A DNA stretch of 64,000 nucleotides from a virus (lineage: Duplodnaviria; Caudoviricetes). Position 1 is the stretch's first letter, and every line of letters begins with the position of its first letter. Below are positions 18,159 to 26,635 of this stretch, piece by piece. The stretch is taken from positions 10,218 to 74,217 of IMG/VR virus record IMGVR_UViG_3300005683_000068; one strand, written 5' to 3'. The translations under genes and the position numbers were made by a program. Below the pieces are notes generated by a model. The model was given only the letters and a program-made list of their open reading frames with translations, had not been told where the DNA came from and made no database searches.

Positions 18159-18578
18159 CTAAGTTAGTGTCAAAACACCACCACTATTATCAATGGTAAA
18201 TGTTTCATTCACTGCCAAGACAACACCCGATCCATAATCCCAGTACATCAACAATGGATCATTGGCAGCGGTATCGTTGTAGAGAACAACGTACCGAAAT
18301 GTGGCCATAGAACCACCCGTTGCTGTAAAGATTGTCACAGCAGACATGGTCATAGTGCCAGTGCCGGCAGTCTGACTATATGCCTGGGTGCCATCATTCT
18401 TACCACCAGCAGTATATCCATTCGCTGCGGTAATCTGAGTAATATCGGCAAGAGTTGCACCAGTAGAGGCTACTGGTGCAGTATTTGTCAAAGCATACTT
18501 GAACGTGTTGCCATTCAAGTTATGAACTGCACGGCCTAGGTCTTGCTTAAAAGCATGAAAAACAACGGCAGATGCCAA
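18159..18578 (-). CDS. Conserved phage structural protein (139 aa)
   Basis: TTG start behind AAGGAG; 'VHNLNGNTFKYALTNTAP...FRYVVLYNDTA..DPL..YWDYGS' family. Confidence 0.7.
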   Translation of the reverse strand: MASAVVFHAFKQDLGRAVHNLNGNTFKYALTNTAPVASTGATLADITQITAANGYTAGGKNDGTQAYSQTAGTGTMTMSAVTIFTATGGSMATFRYVVLYNDTAANDPLLMYWDYGSGVVLAVNETFTIDNSGGVLTLT

Positions 18579-18683
18579 GGTTGATCTCCTTACAAATTTT
18601 GCAGCAACTCCACTTAACTTTATTAAAGCTGTCTGAGAACATTTACTCAATTCGCCTTGGCCCACAGGCAGCTTACGCCGCAA

Positions 18684-18712
18684 ATTTTATTAAATCTGCC
18701 TTAACGTGTCAA
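18684..18712 (-). promoter_or_regulatory. Sigma70-type promoter for the second virion module
   Basis: TTGACA (18712-18707), 17 bp spacer, TAAAAT (18689-18684). Confidence 0.75.
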
Positions 18713-18900
18713 TGCTTCTCACTTTCTAAACCAGAAGCAGCTCTATCATCATCCAATGTCAATTCCGTTCTCCTGATCAAAACATCTTTTGGAGCCTCTA
18801 TAGCTAATGAAACCCTGTGTCCATCAATTTTCGTTACTCGCACCACAATACCACCACCAATCACAATACTCTCACCAACCCGACGCGATAGCACTAGCAT
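18709..18900 (-). CDS. csrA: Carbon storage regulator CsrA
   Basis: 'MLVLSRRVGESIVIG...VSLAIEAPKDVLIRRTEL' is the canonical CsrA pattern. Confidence 0.92.
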   Translation of the reverse strand: MLVLSRRVGESIVIGGGIVVRVTKIDGHRVSLAIEAPKDVLIRRTELTLDDDRAASGLESEKH

Positions 18901-20213
18901 TGAAATTCCTTTCTTAAAGCAGATTCAATGTCACTAAACACCTGACCCCAACACCCTCGATAACGCTGTCTGAACAGCCTCATTGAGGGATACCACGGTG
19001 AATCATGTCTATCGAGCAACCACCTCCAATTTGCTACATAAGGTAAACACACCCAAACAGGAACACCCATCGCACCAGCCAAATGAGCGATTGAAGTGTC
19101 ATTAGTAATAACTAAATCCATGCTCATCATTACAGCAGCCGTATCCATAAACGACTGAGCATCATACTCTTTCAACTCTGCTGAAGGATTGATCATTCCA
19201 TTTTGGAGTATGTCTTTCTGTAAATTAACAAGCACAAAAGGACTAACTCCAGGAGTGCCTACTAAGGGCTGAAACAACTCAACTGGTATATCTCTAGCAG
19301 CCATCATACCAGTATAAATCTTGATTCCAGGATATGCCTGTGGGGCCTCACCTCCCCTTCCCTTCCAATTAACTCCAATCTTGATCTTGTTTAATCCTTG
19401 AAAGTAGTCCTTCCAGTAATCAACCAGTTCTGGATTAGCTTTAATATAACCAACCTCCCCAGGAATATCCTCAACATACTGAGTTAATATGCCAGGAATA
19501 GACATTAAAGGAATCTGATAATCAAACTCAGGAAGAACATCATCATAAGTAAACAGATCAATAAAAGTCTCTGACAGCAAAGACACAAGCTGCTTCTGTA
19601 CCTCACTTATAACCTTAAAGCCACATTCATTCTCCAGCATCCTTACATATCTAATAAACTGCATTGTGTCGCCCAATCCTTGTTCAGCATGAACAAGGAT
19701 TGTTTTCCCTTCTCCTGATTCTCCCCACCATCTAGGTTTATTGTATCTCGGATCAACTGCCTTCATGCCTACCGGAGGCCGTGCTTCATAATAAGCAAAG
19801 CCAGTCTCAAAATCACCAAGATGAAGCCTCAATTCCCCAAGGTTATAGAACAACAGCAAATGATTAGGGTCAATCTTAATACCCTTCTCATAACAATCCT
19901 CGGCAAGTTCATACTGCCCCCATTCATAAAAGTTGCGGCCACGGTTGCACCAAAAATGAGGATTGTTAGGTTCCAAATCACAAGCCTTTTTGTAAGACTC
20001 GTCTGATTCCTCAAATTTATCTTGGAGATGCAAACAAAAACCAAGATTGTAAAACAACACACCTGATTCAGGATCACAATCAATTGCTTGTCTTAATAAA
20101 GTCTCAGCCCTTACCAAATTATTAGACTTCATGTGACGCAGGGCTCTGTCACAATGATAAGCAGCAACTTTCCTACGCTCTATTCTTGTCATTTGATCCT
20201 CTTCTTCTTTCAC
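18894..20213 (-). CDS. TPR-repeat glycosyltransferase (GT-B, GT9-like)
   Basis: N-terminal TPRs, 'AEQGLGDTMQF', 'DLVITNDTSIAHLAGAMG', 'SPWYPSMRLFRQ'. Confidence 0.85.
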   Translation of the reverse strand: MKEEEDQMTRIERRKVAAYHCDRALRHMKSNNLVRAETLLRQAIDCDPESGVLFYNLGFCLHLQDKFEESDESYKKACDLEPNNPHFWCNRGRNFYEWGQYELAEDCYEKGIKIDPNHLLLFYNLGELRLHLGDFETGFAYYEARPPVGMKAVDPRYNKPRWWGESGEGKTILVHAEQGLGDTMQFIRYVRMLENECGFKVISEVQKQLVSLLSETFIDLFTYDDVLPEFDYQIPLMSIPGILTQYVEDIPGEVGYIKANPELVDYWKDYFQGLNKIKIGVNWKGRGGEAPQAYPGIKIYTGMMAARDIPVELFQPLVGTPGVSPFVLVNLQKDILQNGMINPSAELKEYDAQSFMDTAAVMMSMDLVITNDTSIAHLAGAMGVPVWVCLPYVANWRWLLDRHDSPWYPSMRLFRQRYRGCWGQVFSDIESALRKEFQC

Positions 20214-20345
20214 AACTTGTAGTAATGGTTTTGCTGTGCTGAGTTTAAGTAGGCAATTGCGAGAATAGCAGCAAATTCGCTAGTGCTTGTGGGGTTGTGC
20301 GTCCAATTGCGGGCAAATTCGTACACAGGCGATTCGTGGCAGATT

Positions 20346-21029
20346 TCACAACTCCACCACCTTTCCTGTTTGTAGATCGGGGTCATGTGTTACCATAATG
20401 AATTGAATTTTAAGATCATCAGCAAGAGCCTCTAACAAACATCTAATCCTTGGACGGTAATTCTTACTAAGATGCTTAAATGGCTCATCAAGCACAAGCA
20501 ATCTCCTACTAGGTGGAGATTTAAGAATCAGACAAGCTAACCTCAAGGCAAAACCACAAACATCTATCACACCCCCTCCAGCAGCATCCATTGGGTCAAT
20601 TTCAAAACCATCGCGTAGAAAAACCAACTTCGCTTCTGTTTTGCCTCGCTTACGTTCAAATTGAATCTCAAATTCATAAGCATCGTCACCAAACACAGTA
20701 TCCAAACATCTGGTAACAACTTCAGCAATGCACTTATGAACTTGTTGCTGAGTTTGCTGTGCCAACCTCTGGAGAATTTCTTGTGCTTCAAGTACAGCAT
20801 TTAATCTACGATTTGCTCTGGCTAACTCCTCGCGTTCTATTCCTATTTGTTTTTTGGCATGATTTCTCTCCTGTACTAGAGTCTGAATCTTTCTCTCGTA
20901 ATGATTCAGACCATTTTCGTTCAAACTGTTTAACTGCCTGTCTGTATTTCTGTTCGGCATCTTTCTCCTCATGTTCAAGTCTCTGAAAGAGTTTCTTTGC
21001 TTGGGATACTGACTTGCAACTAAACTCAT
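20346..21029 (-). CDS. sbcC: SbcC/Rad50-like ATPase, C-terminal half (start uncertain)
   Basis: ABC signature 'AGGGVIDV' and Walker B/D-loop 'LLVLDEPFKHL', H-loop 'VTHD'. Confidence 0.8.
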   Translation of the reverse strand: MSLVASQYPKQRNSFRDLNMRRKMPNRNTDRQLNSLNENGLNHYERKIQTLVQERNHAKKQIGIEREELARANRRLNAVLEAQEILQRLAQQTQQQVHKCIAEVVTRCLDTVFGDDAYEFEIQFERKRGKTEAKLVFLRDGFEIDPMDAAGGGVIDVCGFALRLACLILKSPPSRRLLVLDEPFKHLSKNYRPRIRCLLEALADDLKIQFIMVTHDPDLQTGKVVEL

Positions 21030-21120
21030 TCCTTAGCTGATCAAGTAATTGACCAAGCCGTCCCTCAGCACGGGCATGATCACGTTCCAATTGCTCAACC
21101 TGCTCTTTAAGATTGTTCAT
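20806..21120 (-). CDS. Small coiled-coil protein overlapping the SbcC C-half
   Basis: 'ERDHARAEGRLGQLLDQL..EF' heptads; ATGA-coupled to the upstream gene. Confidence 0.6.
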   Translation of the reverse strand: MNNLKEQVEQLERDHARAEGRLGQLLDQLRNEFSCKSVSQAKKLFQRLEHEEKDAEQKYRQAVKQFERKWSESLREKDSDSSTGEKSCQKTNRNRTRGVSQSKS

Positions 21121-21341
21121 TTCTTATCTCCCTTTAATTTAAGGCGTCTTTCTTCCAACTCCACATCTTTCAACATCCTCTTGAACATCTTAGCTGCCTT
21201 GTCAGCCTCAATCTCTGACTTGTGTAATCTTTTATACTCATTCTTCTGAAGCCATACTTGTCTCCTATATGCTTGGCGTTGTTGTTGCCAAGGGCTCCGC
21301 ATAGACACAACAACGAACAACAACACAAAAAGAATCTTCAT
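21117..21341 (-). CDS. Small protein with hydrophobic N-terminus
   Basis: ATGA overlaps on both sides. Confidence 0.55.
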   Translation of the reverse strand: MKILFVLLFVVVSMRSPWQQQRQAYRRQVWLQKNEYKRLHKSEIEADKAAKMFKRMLKDVELEERRLKLKGDKK

Positions 21342-21583
21342 TTTGTTGGCTCCGCATGTTCTGGTTTCATTTCATTCCTCATAGGTCGATCTTTTAACCA
21401 CCTACTAGGAACCCACGTCAAAGTATAGTCACAAGACTCCTGCACAAGAGTCACCTCAACACCTGCTAGTGAAAAAGTGACAGGCCAAGAACACAACTTT
21501 GGCAAGATAACTACTCTTCCTGTATGAAAACCATCATCGTCGTCTTGCCATTCAACATGCTTTCCTAAATTCTGATCATTCAT
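21338..21583 (-). CDS. Hypothetical SH3-like protein
   Basis: MNDQNLGKHVEW...TGRVV; start set at ATG 21583. Confidence 0.5.
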   Translation of the reverse strand: MNDQNLGKHVEWQDDDDGFHTGRVVILPKLCSWPVTFSLAGVEVTLVQESCDYTLTWVPSRWLKDRPMRNEMKPEHAEPTK

Positions 21584-22493
21584 TTGGAATCCCCAATGCT
21601 GTCCAAAGCTCATCTTTTACATCACTAGTAAAATCACCATGATCTATACAATCACGGACCATCTTCTCAAAATCAAAGCCACTCCCACCAGTCATTTGTT
21701 TAAGCATCTTAACAAACAACGCTGCATCAAACGCCTCCTGCAAATCATTTCCTAGGTCTCTAATATCAGACCATTTATCATTAGCTGTTGGTAAATACAT
21801 CCTAACAACAGCTCCAGATTGACAAAGCAACCACACACTAGGTTGAATGATTCTCTCATCAAGTCTCCTAGGCATGAAAGCACCACAATTGATTAACTTA
21901 CCTGCCTGAAACGGAATATGATTATCACCAAAGAAAGCACAGGTGAAATGCTCTAGTTTGTCTCCATAAGAAACAAAGTGTCTTTCCTGTGGGGCGTCCT
22001 TAAAACCACAACCTTGCTTCCAAACATAAGCATGGACTATAGCTACACACTTAACCCCTTCTGGTTTTTTCATTCCTTTACCAATCTCATCCAACCAGTT
22101 GTATCCAAAGTAAACATAATCACCATAGCGAACTGGTTTTTCTAATAGCTTTACTGCATCCGATTCAATCAAAGTCCCCAAAGCAGATTTATGCAAATCA
22201 GAGAACTTGTGATAAGGAAGATCATGCTGTCCCGCTACCACCCAAGTATCAGTAGGCATATTTCGCATTGCAAAGGTTATCAATTCTGGTGGACTGTTCC
22301 ATTTGTGAAAAACATCACCAGAAATAAACACCGGACACTGATACTTCCTTTGTAAGTTGCACAATTCATTCAATTGACGTTCCATTACTGGATACCAATC
22401 CACTTCCTCCCTAGCAAGTGGTTTAGTATGTGACAGGTGAATGTCCGAGCAGTGGATGCTCACTACGTTATCAATTGCTTGCATGTTGGGCAT
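21576..22493 (-). CDS. sbcD: SbcD/Mre11-like metallophosphoesterase nuclease
   Basis: 'SDIH', 'GDVFH', 'GQHD', 'GDNH' phosphoesterase motifs. Confidence 0.85.
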   Translation of the reverse strand: MPNMQAIDNVVSIHCSDIHLSHTKPLAREEVDWYPVMERQLNELCNLQRKYQCPVFISGDVFHKWNSPPELITFAMRNMPTDTWVVAGQHDLPYHKFSDLHKSALGTLIESDAVKLLEKPVRYGDYVYFGYNWLDEIGKGMKKPEGVKCVAIVHAYVWKQGCGFKDAPQERHFVSYGDKLEHFTCAFFGDNHIPFQAGKLINCGAFMPRRLDERIIQPSVWLLCQSGAVVRMYLPTANDKWSDIRDLGNDLQEAFDAALFVKMLKQMTGGSGFDFEKMVRDCIDHGDFTSDVKDELWTALGIPNE

Positions 22494-23347
22494 ACCTTTA
22501 GTTTTCGCAACTGTTTGATTGCTTGATTCAATCTCCGCTGTAACTGACATACACACTCCTCCTCTTTGAGAATTTTCAAAATCAACAACTCCAAATCTTG
22601 TCTTGTCTTGGAAGTATCATAATAGAACTCCTGAAGCTCTAAACATGATTTTCCGTAGTCAATCACCTCCTGTGCATTAGCACGCAAAGCCTGTGCATTT
22701 TCAATTTCACCTAACAAAACCCCAAGTTTAGTCCTTGTGCCCCGTAAATCGCTTGCTAATGCGTTTAACGACGTTATTTCACTGTAATCTGACGCTAGTT
22801 CTTTTACCCATTTGAGACTCTTATAAGTAGCCGTCACAGCAGATAATCTTTCTTCTGCTGCTGCTACTCTCGTCTTAACATCTCTAAGACGGCTTCCAAC
22901 TCTAGACAAAGATGCATCCATCTGATCTAAATTCACAACCTGATTTAATTCCCTACTTACTTGTCCTGGTGATTTTGAGAACCAGAAGGGAGCATCGTGT
23001 TGTTGTTGGAAGTTAAGTTCGCTGACGTTGATTTGTTTGGAAATCGTTTCAGGAACGTCGGAACCAATAGCAGTGTAGGTGTGCTTAATGCCAAAGACAT
23101 ACTTGTTTTCCCTTCCCTTAACACGGGATATACTTTTGCCGTCCAGTAACAAAGTGACTTTGACATATTTGGATCCTTTGCGTTGAAATGCTTTTATTGA
23201 TCCCTTATTAAGACATACCCATCTAAGAGCACGAAGTACAGCACTTTTCCCAACATCACTCGATCCGATAATACAAGTGATGTTACCAAACTCAACTTCA
23301 AGGGATTTATGAGCTTGAAAGTTGTTTAATCCAATCTTTGTAATCAT
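22463..23347 (-). CDS. sbcC: SbcC/Rad50-like ATPase, N-terminal half
   Basis: 'NFQAH', Walker A 'GSSDVGKS', Q-loop 'QQQHD', coiled-coil ending at zinc-hook 'CPTC'. Confidence 0.85.
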   Translation of the reverse strand: MITKIGLNNFQAHKSLEVEFGNITCIIGSSDVGKSAVLRALRWVCLNKGSIKAFQRKGSKYVKVTLLLDGKSISRVKGRENKYVFGIKHTYTAIGSDVPETISKQINVSELNFQQQHDAPFWFSKSPGQVSRELNQVVNLDQMDASLSRVGSRLRDVKTRVAAAEERLSAVTATYKSLKWVKELASDYSEITSLNALASDLRGTRTKLGVLLGEIENAQALRANAQEVIDYGKSCLELQEFYYDTSKTRQDLELLILKILKEEECVCQLQRRLNQAIKQLRKLKVCPTCKQLIT

Positions 23348-23894
23348 TGTCCAAGAGCCCTTCAATGTCCTTTCTATGCACATTCACAACAAAATCATCC
23401 AATCTACAACAGGAAACCTTAGATACATCTCCTTGTTTAATAGCACCATAAGTAATAACAGATCGTTCCACAAATTTTAATGGAAGCAATCTGAACACTA
23501 GGAAAGGAATGAAAATTAAAGCATCCCTTCTATCTCTCTTGTGGATCAACAACCAACTCCGACTACCTGCCAATGTAGATGTAGCTTCAGCTTTCTTAAA
23601 CCAATCAAGATAACGTGAATTTTGAGAATCCAATATATCAACAGCGGTGCTACTTGGATAACCACGCTTCAACTCCACAGTGAAGGCATGGACTAATGGA
23701 AGACCAATCGGATCAACAACAGCTATATCCCCATAGGAACCAAATGTCTTTTTATTAACCTTGCTCCTAATTGTCGCTCTGGCACCAGAGCAAGCTGTTC
23801 TCCAAAACACATCTTCCCTTTTACCACCAGTCCACCACAAAGACAAAAACCTACACATCTCACGTTCGTAAGCACCTCCTTTACTAGTCTTCAT
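23307..23894 (-). CDS. Holliday junction resolvase (Hjc-like PD-(D/E)xK)
   Basis: 'SKGGAYERE...GDI...VELK'. Confidence 0.75.
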   Translation of the reverse strand: MKTSKGGAYEREMCRFLSLWWTGGKREDVFWRTACSGARATIRSKVNKKTFGSYGDIAVVDPIGLPLVHAFTVELKRGYPSSTAVDILDSQNSRYLDWFKKAEATSTLAGSRSWLLIHKRDRRDALIFIPFLVFRLLPLKFVERSVITYGAIKQGDVSKVSCCRLDDFVVNVHRKDIEGLLDNDYKDWIKQLSSS

Positions 23895-24017
23895 CTCTTC
23901 CTCCCATCAGTTCTTTAAGAACCATAGAAAGAAACCAGCACAACAAAAACAACGTCGCAATCAACATAATAGGAACCATAAAGCACCTTTACTAAAGCAC
24001 CCATAACAAGAACACGA

Positions 24018-24188
24018 TCAATGTCTCTTTCTAAATTCCTCAACAGCAGCATCAGCAACGATGGCAATGTTCCTTATCAATTCAAGAATTGATGGTGCTA
24101 CTTGTATTGGTATTCTTAGCCCGGCTTCATAACCAGCTACAAACACCTTACACCACAAATCAACCTCTGATTGCTGTTCTAGTTTCAT
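24018..24188 (-). CDS. 56 aa hypothetical protein (absent from ORF track)
   Basis: MKLEQQSEVDLW...IVADAAVEEFRKRH; start overlaps the stop of the exonuclease gene. Confidence 0.6.
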   Translation of the reverse strand: MKLEQQSEVDLWCKVFVAGYEAGLRIPIQVAPSILELIRNIAIVADAAVEEFRKRH

Positions 24189-25021
24189 CACACTAAATCC
24201 CTCAAAGATCGAATCCCCAATTCATCACACAAGGCACGCCAAGCATCACGATTGATGCTATCGGACACAAGTTTGAAATTAGGACACCCGGCATACGGAA
24301 GTTTCACCAAATGACGATTACTATTCCAAACGTCATTCCCTTCTACTATGCTCCTAAATACCTTAGTAGTGTTTTTGAGTTTGCCTGTCAGAAACTTAGA
24401 TGCCGTGACCTCTCCAACACCCTTAATGCCAACAATACCATCGGATTTGCAACCAGCAATGGCTTTCACGTCTATCCACTGGGGAGGGGAAACACCATAC
24501 TCCCTTGATAAAGATAATTCGTTATAAGACCGCTTCTTGTTTGGATCCCACAATATCACTCTCTTACCAAGTAACTGGTAAAAATCCTTATCTGATCCAA
24601 CAATAATAGCATCATCCTTCTTTGGTAGATTCAAGCAAATTGATGCAATCACATCGTCGGCTTCATAGCCAGGAGCATAACAAATGTTTCTGAATCCCAA
24701 ATCAAACAATCGTTCTTTCCTCAACAGTAAAAACTGTTGTTCCATTTTCCTTACCAAGGATTTCTGTTCATACGATAAGGCATATCTCTGCTCAACCCTA
24801 TTCGCCTTATAGTCAGGATAATCTCTCTCACGGAGATATGGTCCACAATCAAAACAAAAAACAAGATGATTAGAACCCAATGTCTCCTGAAATTGAATGA
24901 TGTCTCTTAGAAAACCATAAGTAACACCAGTAGGAATTTCGTTATGAGAAAGATTCCCAGTGCTGTAAAAAGCACGCCATGCAAGATAATTACAATCGAG
25001 CAATAACCATGTCTTACTCAT
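24188..25021 (-). CDS. 5'-3' exonuclease / flap endonuclease
   Basis: 'LLLDCNYLAWR', 'YKANR', 'EADDVI', 'GSDKD', 'GCKSDGIVGIKGVG'. Confidence 0.9.
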   Translation of the reverse strand: MSKTWLLLDCNYLAWRAFYSTGNLSHNEIPTGVTYGFLRDIIQFQETLGSNHLVFCFDCGPYLRERDYPDYKANRVEQRYALSYEQKSLVRKMEQQFLLLRKERLFDLGFRNICYAPGYEADDVIASICLNLPKKDDAIIVGSDKDFYQLLGKRVILWDPNKKRSYNELSLSREYGVSPPQWIDVKAIAGCKSDGIVGIKGVGEVTASKFLTGKLKNTTKVFRSIVEGNDVWNSNRHLVKLPYAGCPNFKLVSDSINRDAWRALCDELGIRSLRDLV

Positions 25022-25202
25022 CTGATGATTCTCCTCCAAATGGAATCCAACCCAACTCATACAAGAACAGAAACAAAAAGTAATCACCAAGATGCAATAA
25101 CACATTCTGAGAGACCAGCAACGAATGTTGCGTAGTCATAATAACAGCTTTTGTCCTCACTTCTTCATCTATCATGTCATAAATACCTCTATCATCATAC
25201 AT
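25014..25202 (-). CDS. Hypothetical protein (62 aa)
   Basis: Fills the gap between recA-like and exonuclease genes with overlapping start and stop. Confidence 0.45.
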   Translation of the reverse strand: MYDDRGIYDMIDEEVRTKAVIMTTQHSLLVSQNVLLHLGDYFLFLFLYELGWIPFGGESSDE

Positions 25203-26250
25203 ACCTTGGTTTCCTTTCCACCTTGCAAGCATCTTCAATCCTATTCCACACTTCAGAGACAATGCGGTGGAGTTGCTTCTCTAAATTGTTTTCTTCAATG
25301 TAGGCAATGAGGTCTTTCTCCTCCATTGATGCATCAAACTCCTCAGCACGGATATTACCTCCTTTCTTTACCCAATGCTTCTCATCTAGTAGATATTTTA
25401 CACAGCAACCTACATCATCAATACCAGCACTGTGATAAATAGGAAACTCCACTGCCCTATCCTTGCCGGCTATTCTGTTTTTCTTGACTCTGGCTTTGAC
25501 TAGAATGCCAAGCTGACGGTCCTTGTCTTTGTACTTCCTCTTAATCTGCTGCCTCACAGAAGTCCATATTTCCAATGTGGCATAAAATTTCATAGAGTGA
25601 CCACCACTCCTTGTCTTTGTTTCAAACATGGAGTTTATAGCGTCCCTGGTTTGAGCAACTACGATTAGAATGCTGCCAGTTTTCTTTAACTCAGAAACAG
25701 CACGTCTAAGATTACCAGAATTCGATTTGGCCTTACCATCACCAAACGATCCTTTTATCTCTTTGTCCTTTCGTGCCCGTTTCTTATTCTCCACAAACTT
25801 CTTATCGTCGGCTTCTGAAGTCAACGAATCCATACTGTCAAGAATACAAACAAATGGGTTGCCGACTTCCCGCAAGTCATCCAGATAGTAGTAAAACTCC
25901 TCTATAGTGCCTAAATACTTAAAGGTTATTCTATCAGCTAGTTTGCTACCAAAGAATTTCCTTACATCCATGAGAACACCCCGCTCTACATCAATGTAGA
26001 TCAGGTCATAGTCCTCAAAGTTTGGGTTGTTGGCAGCTTCTGCCAAAGCACTAAGACACAACCAAGTCTTGCCGCTGTTACTATCTCCTACATAGAGATA
26101 GTAATGTCCTTTGACAAATGTTCCAGTACGCTTACCTGTGCAAGCTAGATTGAGTGTAGTACATCCGCTACTAAGCAAATCAGCAATCTTCAATTCCGAT
26201 GAATTACACTTCTTTCTCAGGGCAGTTTTTAATTTGTCCACATCAGTCAT
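25195..26250 (-). CDS. recA: RecA/UvsX-like recombinase
   Basis: Walker A 'GDSNSGKT', 'YIDVE', 'LDSMDSL', 'SGGHSMKFYA', 'KKNR'. Confidence 0.9.
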   Translation of the reverse strand: MTDVDKLKTALRKKCNSSELKIADLLSSGCTTLNLACTGKRTGTFVKGHYYLYVGDSNSGKTWLCLSALAEAANNPNFEDYDLIYIDVERGVLMDVRKFFGSKLADRITFKYLGTIEEFYYYLDDLREVGNPFVCILDSMDSLTSEADDKKFVENKKRARKDKEIKGSFGDGKAKSNSGNLRRAVSELKKTGSILIVVAQTRDAINSMFETKTRSGGHSMKFYATLEIWTSVRQQIKRKYKDKDRQLGILVKARVKKNRIAGKDRAVEFPIYHSAGIDDVGCCVKYLLDEKHWVKKGGNIRAEEFDASMEEKDLIAYIEENNLEKQLHRIVSEVWNRIEDACKVERKPRYV

Positions 26251-26522
26251 GCTGCTTGTCCTTTCTGCCATTTCTTATGATTCAAATAAATCTCCAATTC
26301 AACTGCCTTGCACAATTTAAGCAATGTGCTGCTACGAATGTCAATTATGCCAACCTGTTGTTCAAAAACACGACGCAGTTTTGATATTGTTGAAGGAGAT
26401 AATCCAGCCTCTTCCGCCAGTTCTTTATTTGTCCACATCCAAAACTTGTCGGACAGATCAAAAACTTGATTGAGTATTTTTTGACGTTGTTCATCAACAC
26501 TAAACCGATTCATTCGTTTCAT
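26247..26522 (-). CDS. XRE-family HTH protein
   Basis: 'TNKELAEEAGLSPSTISKL'. Confidence 0.75.
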   Translation of the reverse strand: MKRMNRFSVDEQRQKILNQVFDLSDKFWMWTNKELAEEAGLSPSTISKLRRVFEQQVGIIDIRSSTLLKLCKAVELEIYLNHKKWQKGQAA

Positions 26523-26570
26523 TTTAGCACCTAGACTACGAAAAACAGACCTGGCAGTTCACAATAAGAC

Positions 26571-26622
26571 GGCCCCGGTAGTCCCGCAATCATTCCCGGA
26601 GCCCCTGCAATGATCAAGGGAC
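26571..26622 (-). ncRNA. Candidate pseudoknotted RNA element between ssb and HTH/recA
   Basis: Stems GTCCC/GGGAC and ATCATT/AATGAT; loop GGCTCCGG is complementary to downstream CCGGGGCC. Confidence 0.45.
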
Positions 26623-26635
26623 GCAGTACACACGT

